In this document: piece by piece, positions 20,390-30,800 of the stretch
Position numbering within the stretch: position 1 is the stretch's first letter
How the letters are laid out: every line of letters begins with the position of its first letter
Source: an uncultured virus (IMG/VR IMGVR_UViG_3300002835_000029)
Taxonomy: Duplodnaviria > Heunggongvirae > Uroviricota > Caudoviricetes
Length of the DNA stretch: 64,000 bases
IMG/VR virus record: IMGVR_UViG_3300002835_000029
Span: 62,001 to 126,000 of that record
Strand: one strand, 5' to 3'
Program-made: the position numbers and the translations under genes
The notes under the pieces: model-generated
What the model saw: the letters and a program-made list of their open reading frames with translations, nothing else
Told to the model about the DNA's origin: nothing
The model's database searches: none

Positions 20390-23300
20390 GTGTTGCAGTC
20401 TCCGTAACAGGCCAAATTGACTCCTCTTATGTTATCATCCGCATCAACATAAGCATAGACATTATCTACAGATGTTATACCCTGACCGACATTATTACTG
20501 TCCCATGTGATTGTGGCACTTTTAGATGCTAATGAGTCCGATATTGGATAATTTAGAGTAATTAGCGGTAAATTGCCGGAAGTATCAAATATTGTAGCAT
20601 TAAAAGCTGATAAAAACAGATTAAAAGATGAACTAGAATTATTAATAATCTGTTGATCATTAAATGTATGGAGTGACATTACTGAAGAGGGGTAGGCATT
20701 AAAAGACTGACTTATTCCACGCACCCTCATTGGTAGTTGTTCATTTATAAATTCTGATCCCACCGGTCCAAATGTCATACAATTTAATGAATTGTCTGCA
20801 TAATAGCCGCTTCCTATTGCATGAAGCGGCATCACATCTTCTCTAATGAATTTTCCACTAACAAATAAATTTAAGCCATTAATTGGACTTGATCCAAACA
20901 TGCTAGAAAATGTTTGTTGGGATGTATCAAGAGATCCATTTGCTATAGTATACAAGTTGCAGATTTCTGGATTAACAAAATATCCACTACTATCAACAAA
21001 AAGTTTTAGTCCGCTCTCATGTATTTGTACTGGTGGGTTTGAATTGGCATACAAATTAAAATATCCACCATTAATAGATGTACCATTTTCTGGGGCAAAA
21101 AGGTTTAAAAATGCAAACTGGTATGGTGATCCACTTACATATAAAGGCATTGTGTCATCTTTTGTTGCGCTTAAATATATTGCATTATCTGATCTTATGT
21201 TAGAACTATGAATTTTAATTTTAGATGAGAATTGTTCACCAGAAGGATAAACCAAATCATATTGTAAAAACATCTGATTTATATCATTAAGAAAATATTT
21301 TTCTTTAAATTCTTTTGAATAAGACTCAACATCAAAAGAAGCCCAAGGTTCAGACGTATCTAAAATGTCATCGAATGTAAATTTACTAGTAATTTTCCTT
21401 ACACACCCAGAAGGTTCTAAGTGATGTATTGATCTATTTACTAGTCCAAATTGTTTACTTGGTCTTTCAAGTGAGTCTTGAGTTTTAGCATATAAACTGA
21501 CGATGAATTTGGGGCCAACTTTTCCATTTGACCACATGATATTATTGTATGTATCATGCTCTAAGATAGTATCAACACATAGTGCTTGATCATAAAAATT
21601 ATATCCCTTGGGCAAATTTTTAGATATTCTAGGAGAAATAGCAAAGAATCTATCTTGATCAACTTGTGGTATATCTGATAGATCAAATCTCAAAAAGTCA
21701 TTTTCAATTTGAGTGTGATAAGCTACCCCGGATAGATTTATATTGTTTGGTAAAGTAAGATTTGTTGTTTGATAATATCCAGATCCGTTATGACTCAAGT
21801 TGAATGTTATAAAGTCCTTACCAATTCTTTTAGTAAAAAAATCGAAATCTGGTGAGAATTGACAAACCTTAAAAGCTCCTAATTTCCACTGAGATATATC
21901 ATCATCAATATAGGAGGCGGGAACATTATATGAATCAAAAAATTCAGATACAGAAATTTGATTTTTAGATCTATCTGGATTAGACTCTACTATATTGCAA
22001 CTATCTTTTGAAATTCCAAATTCATGCAAGAAAATAGGAAGATCAAGGAAGGTACTAGGCATAGAATTTCCTACAGTAATTATTTCATCGCCAGCAAAAA
22101 GGTTATTTACTTGTGTCGATATATATACATCTGATGAATTATTAATATACATCTTTAATCTATTTGTTCCATCGTCATTATATGTAATTAATAAAGACAA
22201 TGGAAACTTTTGATTAAAAAATGATGTTGCATTTATAATAGCACTATTAGTAGCAAGTCTCAAATCAGATCCACTATTATATGATAGTACTAGCTTGGGG
22301 GAGGCTAAATTTGATGGAGAAACTACTTCTAGTAAGTTCTTTGTTTGAAAACTTGTTGCATAATCTGGAGTAAATCTTAAAAAGATACAAAATGAATTGT
22401 TGGATGGAGTAGAAAAAACTTTTAAATATCTTGAAGATCCAGATAATCTTAAGGCTTTATCAAAGGTGTCATCGATATTGTTAGCCCATTTGATTGATTT
22501 ATATGGAGTACTTACGCTACCAAATAGCTGCTCTGAAGAATATCTCCAGCCAACATTAGACAGTAAATGGCTTGATACATTGCCATTAGATAGTTGAGCT
22601 ACCAAAGCACCATCGTCAGAGTATATATTACTATCGGTAACCTTGTTATTAAAATCAATATAAGTGTTCAAGAAGGGACTATTTGCTTGCTTATGATTAA
22701 ACGAGAAATCAAATTCCATCTTCTTAAAATCACCACCTATTATTATTTCTCCAGTGTTTCCCCTCCATCTTCTTGAATAATTTGTGTTTAAATTAGATGG
22801 ATTAGTAAATCCAACTATAGAACCACCAGAAAGATTAGGATTACTAATAGTTCCACTTAAAGATGGTAATAGTGTTATATTTTTTCTAGTAGCATTTTTA
22901 TCAGATGGACTACCAAGAGTATGCATTGAAAGAGCATTGGCGGGCTTATAGTACAAAATCAAACTAACATGCGCAATGGAAGCCCCGCTTGGTATTGGGC
23001 AAATGTCTACATATAAATTTTCAAAATATGGACTAAGAGAATATCTGGTATTTCCTAGCTTTCTTGGATCAGAATAAATCTCTAGTGGTACTATATACTC
23101 TTTAAAGCTTGTGCTGTTTACAACAACCGAGTTGTTAATTATATAGTGATCACCAAGTGGGGATATGTCATTGCTAAAGTATTCGGATTGATCAGATAGG
23201 GAGCTATTAGACATACCAAAGTTAAAGGTATTATATCCAGATACATTTGGCACATTGTTTTCATTAAATCCTAGTGTACCACCATTCTGTAAAAATCCAC

Positions 23301-24876
23301 CAATTGGGGAAGTGCCATACAATAATTTATCATCACTATAGCCTACAACGTCTATTGGGTAATCGGGACTATTTGCATTTTTCTTAGCTATTACTTTAAG
23401 TTCAACGTAGTCTACATCAAAATAATCTTCATATTGATATTCTGAAAGTATAGCATCATTAAAACTTTTATTCCCGCCAAAGTTGAATGCTCCATCAGTA
23501 TAGGTATTCATCCTATCCCGATTGGTTCCAAATCTCAAAACTAGTCTTCCACTATCGATACTAGGGGTAGAATAAATAAGATTAATATAATCTCCATAAT
23601 CTACATTAGTGCTTTGTACTTTTTGAAGCAATGCATTAGATTGTAAATCGGTGGTATTTGTATAAATGCCATCTGGGGTTCTCCACACGCTGCTGGCTTC
23701 TGGATATATCTTATTATTGAAGTCAGTAAGTAATAATTGGTTAGGCAATACTATTTTTTTAGTACGCTCAGACTTTGATCTTACTTGGGTGAAAAAGTTT
23801 AGATAATTATCTTTCTGTATACCAACCCCGCCACTATTGCCAATTTCTAAGGCAGAGATATTTAAACCAATAAATGGATTTGGATTTAAAACATTTGAAT
23901 TAATTATACATGTTTGTTCATATCCAGAATCAAAATTGACATTAAATGGAGAAGAACTACAATCATATGCAAAACTAGTTCTTAGTGTATATGGTCCAGA
24001 AATATCCATTGATGGATAATTTGCGTCCCAAGTTGGTAATAACAAATTATTTATTAGAGGTTTAGATATATAAGTGGTAAATTGTGACTCACCCTCTCCG
24101 CGAATAAGAATGTCTTCATATTGAATTATCAATTTTCCATTTGGGTCTTCAAACTTTATATCATATAGCCTATACTGTTCTGGCTTTTTGTTGATATAGC
24201 TACTGAAAGGTGCTGAAGCCCTAACTGCTAAATAACTTAACTTTGCGACAGAAAGAGGTGTTGTAACAGCAAATTTATATTCTATATCCCCGCTAGCAAA
24301 AACTCTATAAGTAAAGCCAAAAGATTGTGAATCATCTGATATAATAGAGCCAACTTTTCCATTGTCCACATAGTCTTGAGTGAAAACCCCGTCATCTATA
24401 CTAGAGTAAATCGCAGTAGATCTTATAATATTATTCTCAATTTTATATACAGTTATATTTTGATTTGATGGTTTGCTTTTGAAAGATATATCTTGAATTG
24501 GATATAGTTTTTCAGAAGCCCTAAAGCTGGGTTTATATCCAGCGAACTTGTCTGGTTTCTTTGTCTTAAGACTTCCAGATCCAAATAGTTTTTGATTAAT
24601 AGCTAGAAGTGCTGAAGTGTAAGATGATATATTTCCAACAGCTGATTGAGATAGATCTTTTTTTAGAGAAAAATCTACATTTTCTTTCGGAGCGATAGAA
24701 CATACAGATGATAGTCTCGCTGAAAAATTTCGGTATACACTAACATTTTCTCTTAATGCAGATGTGGATGAAATTCTTGATGACGCACCATTGCTAACAG
24801 AGGAAATCTTAGCAGATAATTTACTATCTGAAAGCAATACAGTATTAGTATTTATAACGCATGAAGAACAAGTCAT
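20386..24876 (-). CDS. large tail protein with ConA/LamG-like domain (1496 aa)
   Basis: LamG-like segment FCIFLRFTP..LLITYN..LKMYIN; C-terminal (L/M)(N/P)L(F/Y) repeats; TAATG-coupled to the tape measure. Confidence 0.6.
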   Translation of the reverse strand: MTCSSCVINTNTVLLSDSKLSAKISSVSNGASSRISSTSALRENVSVYRNFSARLSSVCSIAPKENVDFSLKKDLSQSAVGNISSYTSALLAINQKLFGSGSLKTKKPDKFAGYKPSFRASEKLYPIQDISFKSKPSNQNITVYKIENNIIRSTAIYSSIDDGVFTQDYVDNGKVGSIISDDSQSFGFTYRVFASGDIEYKFAVTTPLSVAKLSYLAVRASAPFSSYINKKPEQYRLYDIKFEDPNGKLIIQYEDILIRGEGESQFTTYISKPLINNLLLPTWDANYPSMDISGPYTLRTSFAYDCSSSPFNVNFDSGYEQTCIINSNVLNPNPFIGLNISALEIGNSGGVGIQKDNYLNFFTQVRSKSERTKKIVLPNQLLLTDFNNKIYPEASSVWRTPDGIYTNTTDLQSNALLQKVQSTNVDYGDYINLIYSTPSIDSGRLVLRFGTNRDRMNTYTDGAFNFGGNKSFNDAILSEYQYEDYFDVDYVELKVIAKKNANSPDYPIDVVGYSDDKLLYGTSPIGGFLQNGGTLGFNENNVPNVSGYNTFNFGMSNSSLSDQSEYFSNDISPLGDHYIINNSVVVNSTSFKEYIVPLEIYSDPRKLGNTRYSLSPYFENLYVDICPIPSGASIAHVSLILYYKPANALSMHTLGSPSDKNATRKNITLLPSLSGTISNPNLSGGSIVGFTNPSNLNTNYSRRWRGNTGEIIIGGDFKKMEFDFSFNHKQANSPFLNTYIDFNNKVTDSNIYSDDGALVAQLSNGNVSSHLLSNVGWRYSSEQLFGSVSTPYKSIKWANNIDDTFDKALRLSGSSRYLKVFSTPSNNSFCIFLRFTPDYATSFQTKNLLEVVSPSNLASPKLVLSYNSGSDLRLATNSAIINATSFFNQKFPLSLLITYNDDGTNRLKMYINNSSDVYISTQVNNLFAGDEIITVGNSMPSTFLDLPIFLHEFGISKDSCNIVESNPDRSKNQISVSEFFDSYNVPASYIDDDISQWKLGAFKVCQFSPDFDFFTKRIGKDFITFNLSHNGSGYYQTTNLTLPNNINLSGVAYHTQIENDFLRFDLSDIPQVDQDRFFAISPRISKNLPKGYNFYDQALCVDTILEHDTYNNIMWSNGKVGPKFIVSLYAKTQDSLERPSKQFGLVNRSIHHLEPSGCVRKITSKFTFDDILDTSEPWASFDVESYSKEFKEKYFLNDINQMFLQYDLVYPSGEQFSSKIKIHSSNIRSDNAIYLSATKDDTMPLYVSGSPYQFAFLNLFAPENGTSINGGYFNLYANSNPPVQIHESGLKLFVDSSGYFVNPEICNLYTIANGSLDTSQQTFSSMFGSSPINGLNLFVSGKFIREDVMPLHAIGSGYYADNSLNCMTFGPVGSEFINEQLPMRVRGISQSFNAYPSSVMSLHTFNDQQIINNSSSSFNLFLSAFNATIFDTSGNLPLITLNYPISDSLASKSATITWDSNNVGQGITSVDNVYAYVDADDNIRGVNLACYGDCNT

Positions 24877-27800
24877 TATCTATTTCCTAAGACCTTACTA
24901 TCTCTTTTTAGTTTTCCACCCTCTACTACTCTAAACTGTGACTCTATAGACTCAAATATCTTTGTTTGAACTTCGCCAGTAAGGGCTTTTAATAACCCTC
25001 CATCATTTAAGTTAACATTGACATTTGTAGAGTCTAATTTAATACTTATATTAATTCCTTTAAGTTTTTCTACGGCTGAAGATATTTCAGCACCAAACGT
25101 GGTAGCGAACTTTGATAATCCATCAAACATTCCAGAGAAGAATCCGCCACCGCCAGCTTGTCCACCTTCAGAAAAGTATTGAACCCTACCACCTCTTGCC
25201 ATACCAACGGCACTACCATCTGAGCTAACAGCCCCTACGCTGTTATTGTTATTCATTGCGTGTAGCAGTTGTAAATTATTACCACGTTGGACTGCGCCTC
25301 TATTAACTACAAATTCACCCGGTGTTAACATGGCTGGAACAGTGTCAGTCCCTCTGGGTACAAATATACCACGACTTGCATATACAACGCCACCCCTAGA
25401 CATTGCTCGTTGATTTTCTATTGCTTGAGCTTCTTTAGCTTTTTCATTGCCCCTTTCCATAGTTTTGTCAAATGTAACTTGTGCTGCTGTTAAATTAACA
25501 ACGGATGTTTTTACTTGCATTTCTGCTATTTCTGTTCCAACTTGTCCAGTTTCTCCTAACATTCCGCCTAGCTCACGAAGCCTTGATTTACTAGCTTCTT
25601 CTTCGGCTGTTGTTCCAGCCATTACTTGTGCTGCTCTCATATCAGTTACACCTCTTGCTGATAGAGCAGAACCAGCGGCAGCTTCTGTTAAACCGCCGGG
25701 GCCAGCGAGTTGTTGACCATATAATTCTTGGACGCCAGCATCTTGTTGACGTTGAATATCTTGATATGCCATCCCAAGAGCATCAGCACCATAAAAGTTT
25801 TGTAATCTACTATCTCCGCTTGCTATAGCGGCAGTAGCACCAACAGCAGATTGTTTCTTAAAGAAATCTTCAACATCTCCCTTGATTAAAGACTCCATAG
25901 AATCTTTTTCAAGCTTGTTTTTCTCTTGAGTAATTTTAAGCTGCTCTTCTTCTAGTTTGATTAATCCTCTTATTGTATCAATTTGTGTCTTATAGGCTTT
26001 CTGTAAGTCTTTTTGAGTTTCATCAGCTTCTACGCCAGATTTTCCTGACATTCCACCCTTTTGACTTCTTTTGGCTTCTATAGCGGCAAAACTATTCTTA
26101 ATTTCAGTATTTCTTTGTCTTAACTCTCCTATGCTGCCAGTTCTCATATTTGTTAGACCTAGCCTACCGCTTTCGGCATTAGACTTGGCTAATAAGTTGT
26201 TTCTTCTTTCTTGTCCGGTAACGGCTTTGCCACCATATTTACCTTGAATTTCACGACCCTCCATAGTCAAGTCAAGAGCTTCTTGCTGTGCTTGAACTAG
26301 ATTTCTTTCAGCATCAATTCTCTTCTTAGTAAAGTCAATTAATACTTGTTCAGCTTTTGCTCTTTCGGCAGCAATTTTCTGAACATCTTCAAGCATTTTC
26401 TTTTGAGATTCAGATAGTTTATCTCCAAATACGCTTAAATCTCCAGCAAGTATTTTATCTACTTCTCCGGTATCTAATTCCATTCCTTCAATAACTGATT
26501 TTAGATTCTTTTTGGCATCTTCGGAAACATCTGGACCCATACCCTTAGTTAATTCTTCTGCAAATTTCTTTTTTAGATCGTCTGGACTTAAATTCTTAAA
26601 ATCGGCATCAGACATTGACTTCTTAATATTATTGAAAGCTGTGTTATAACCGGCTTGAGCTTGAGTAAATGCGGCAACATTACCTTCAAATTTCTTAATA
26701 TACTGCTCAGAAGATCCAAACTGTCTAAGATTATCTGATACACCCTTAACAGCATTCTGAATTTCTGCGGGGTCCATAGCTTGAGCAGAACTACTCATAG
26801 CTTGCTGTAAAAATTCAACATCATTTACGAATGCTGATCCACCAACCTCTAGACCGGCAGAAAAATTATTCATGTTAGCTGATAATGCGGTAGCAGTCGC
26901 AACCGCAGAACGCAAACCAAGATTCATAGCATTATACAATTCTTTTTGACGCTTAACCTCTTTCTCAATATTCTCTATTTCTTTATCTACTTGCTCCATT
27001 TGATCAGCTATTTGCTTGGCTTGAGCTATAGCAGCATCATAAGTTGTATCATCTCCAGATTTTGCAGCAGATTGAGCGGTTTTTAAAGCTTCTTCTCGCT
27101 GACTTCGAAGACTACCCATCGCTTGTGTTCTGATATCTTTTGCATTGCCACCCCTCGCTAAGCCAGATCTAATAGCAGCTTGCCTAGCAGGACTTTCAAC
27201 ATTAAAAGCTTCTTGTTGTTGTTTGGATGCATTATTAATTTGTTCTACATTTTGAGTGCTTAACTTATCATTTCTTTCTTTTGCCGAGTCAACATAACCT
27301 AAACTTAAATAGGCCATAGTTTCTCGACCATAGCTCAATGCCCCAGTAGATCTATTTTTACTATTTTCTTTTGCAAGTGAAGCTGCTCTTCCCACTTGAG
27401 ATGCCGCTTCACCACTTTTAGCTCTAATCTTTGCTAGAGCATCAGAAGCAGATATGGTTCCATTTTTAAAATCATCCATAGCTTTAGCAGCTATTTTTTG
27501 AGCTTCATCTAAGGATTTTTGAGTCTTAACTGCTCCAGCTTGGGCTGCGGCTAATGCAACAGCACTAGCTCTAGTATTTCCACCAAATAAAACATTGATA
27601 CCTTCTGTAAAATCGGGTGCAATATAAGCCAGTAACGTTCCTCCAAGATTTCCTATAGCTGCACCAATTAATGCTCCAAATGGACCACCAAAAAATGCAC
27701 CAATACCAGCACCCATTGTACCATATAAAGCTCTAGTGCTATTAGCAGCTTCTAAATCATATTGTTGTCCAGCTAATTTAGAAGCTTCTTGTACTTTACC

Positions 27801-30800
27801 TTCTTCTGTCGCTTTCTTTAATTCTTTAGACTTATCATAAAAAGCACCAATCATAAAATTAAACGCTTTAGTTACAGCGTATGCAATGCCAACTATTAAC
27901 AATAATGGTCCAGCAACAGCAACGGCGGCAGCTATAAATGGTGCCATCGCCGTCAATAATCCTGCCGCAGCCGTAAATGCTGCCGCAGCAAATCCAGTAG
28001 TTCCAGCAGCAGCTAATGTAGCAGAACCAGCTAATGTTAATGTTGCTGTGCTAGCAGCGGCACCGGCAGTACCCATCAAAAAACTAGCCGCTGTGGATGC
28101 CATAGAAGCAACTGTAGAAGCATTCAAAGTAATACCAAATGCAGATGCAGCAAAAGCTAAACCAGTTATAGTTGTTATAACTCCAAGAACACCATGAGAC
28201 ATTTGTGTAAGTAAGCTAGCATTTTCATCTAATGGTGGCAGCATAGACTGAATTGTTCCACTAACCATAGAAAGTCCCATTGCTACATTGCCAAAATCCA
28301 TACCAGAAGCTTTAGAACTACTTACAGCTTCTGCTGCATCAGCTTTTGCTGCTTTATCTGAAGCGGCAGCTTCTGTCATATTAGACTGAGCAGCTTTTTG
28401 AGATGCTATTGCTTGGGCATTTGTTGCGGCAATTGCTTTTGCTTGAGATTGACTTAAACCATCACCTAGACCTTTGCCAAGGTCTTCTGCCGTTACTTGT
28501 CCTTTTTTAGCTTTATTTTCAAGAAGTGCTACATTTTTTTCCTGTTCAGTAGCAAAAGTTCTACCTAACGGTCCTGTTTCGCTTTTATATTGTCCAACCT
28601 TTGTTCTTGCCTTTGCATCCTCTGCTTCTGCCGTCATTGATGCTTCTCTTAAAACGCCGCTACTACTAGCTGGTATTCCTGTTCCACCTTTGCCAGCATT
28701 TAATTGCGCATCAGCGGCAGCTAATGCTTGACGATGAGCTTCTTCTGCTGATACTCCAGATTTTAAAGCTCTAGCTAATGCTTTATATGCAGCTGTTACT
28801 TCTTCTTCCATAAAGAGTAAGTCCTGCATCTCTTTAGTAAGTTTATCAAATGTGTCAGAATTCTTTTTCATCGAATCTTTGACTAAAGCTGCATCTTTAG
28901 GACTTAATTTGCCCATTATTGCATCTGTAACTCTTGCTCCACTAGCGGCTAAGTCGCCGGGGGCTTTAACTCCAGAACCAGAAGATCCAGCCGCAAAGTG
29001 TTGAACAACTCCACCATTCGCATATTTTCCAACCTTGTTCATCCTATTTAACGAACCATAACCAATACGCTGTGCAGACTTACGATTAACAACAAACTCA
29101 CCGGGAGTTAATAGGGCGGGAACGGTATCAGTACCAACTCCACCGCCGGTAGCAAATTCACGGCGAGTTTCATAATCTCGCATAGATTTGCCCTGCCTTC
29201 TCATTGCATCAGATATTCTATTTTGTTTATCGGCTTGGGCTTTCTGAAATGCCCCATAAGCTGCCGATTGTGGCCTATAAGTTCCCATCCACTTTGGTAG
29301 TTTTACACTTCCCGGTCCACCAAAGTTAGTATAAATAAAATCTCCACGGGCATCTTTGGAGTTAAATAAAGCAATAGCGTCTTTCTCGCTTAATGCTGAA
29401 TTGCCCTGTAATTCTCTCATCCCCTTAACAACGTCGGAGATTAAATATTTTTGTGTTCCTCTTTCTAATACTTCACCACCTTCTGCAAACTTTTGGATAA
29501 GTCCACCAAAATATCTTTTTTTAGCAGATCCAATAATAGATTGAATGAATGGCAAACTTTCTAGGGCAAGTTGACCAGAGACTTTAGATTTTAAAGCGTC
29601 CTCACCGGGACTAGTCAATAAACCTGTTGTTCCTAAACCAGCTGATGATTTTGTAATTTTAGCATCTATATAATCCATGCCAAGATTACCATAGATACTT
29701 CTAAACTTGCCAATACCTCTTGTGAAGTCAAATGGTCTTCTTGAATCTTGTCCAGATAGGGGTTTGCCAGCTAATGCTGAAATAGTATTTTCAAATAATT
29801 GACCACGAAAACCTTGGTCTAAAGTATTATAAAAAGATGATAATTTTTTCACCGATCCGGGTGGTGATGTTTTCATTACCTCTGTAGCGAATCTATTTGC
29901 AGATGTGTCAATAGCTGTTGAAATAGATTGATTAATTATATTAGCAAATTGAGATTCTTCATCTCTGCCAACACCCTCTATGGTAGCTCCAAATGCAAAA
30001 TTTTTCTTACCCTTGAATAAACTTTGTATTGCCTCTAAAGAATTTTTTGGACCAAATTTAGAAGATAAACTATATCCAACGCCTCCTATAACTTGATTAA
30101 TAACATCAGAATCTCTATCGATAGAAATATTAGAAGAAGCAGGTTGCGGTAGATAAGAAGTAGTGGCTATACCAACAGAAGATTCTCTTGAAAATCTAGG
30201 AGATTTAATGGAAGCGCGAGAGGATGATAAAACATCAGCCGTAGACATGCCCATTTGTTTTGCTTTTGTGATTCCACCAGCCGCATATCGATTTTCATTC
30301 ATCGCTGCTAGTCTTCCAGCACCCATCTTGTTGACGCTACTTTTGCGTATAACAAATTCACCGGGAGCTAACATCGCAGGAACAGTATCTCCGTTCCCAG
30401 TACCGGGAACTAAACCACCTCTAGCAAACCCAAGAACTTTACCACCTTTATTATAAGTTCGTCCAGAAGCAGCACCACTCATCATGCCACCAAAAAAACC
30501 ACCCAATCCTTTAGCTAATCTAAAAGTTGCTAAAGCAGCAAGCATTGGTAGTAGTGGTTTAATAGAATCTCCAATTTTGATTAAAGCTGAAGCTAATGAT
30601 AGCGCAGTATTTGCCATTATCTGAAAAGTAGAAGTTTCAGTAATACTACGAATTAATGCCAAAAATTCTTCTTTGACTTTCATAATTCTAACAGCAAGTG
30701 CCGCCTGTGCCGATGCAGCATCTTGAGTTAAAGAATCGCCCGCTTTCATTGCGACATTAAGCGCAGACTGAGCAGTAGAGAATTGCTGTAATAGTGGAAG

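Noticed and set aside
20380..20395. Frameshift fusion of the 1496-aa and 2213-aa ORFs
   Set aside because: The junction is an ordinary ATGA overlap with no slippery heptamer, and each protein has its own C-terminal repeat block. Fusion in relatives is not excluded.
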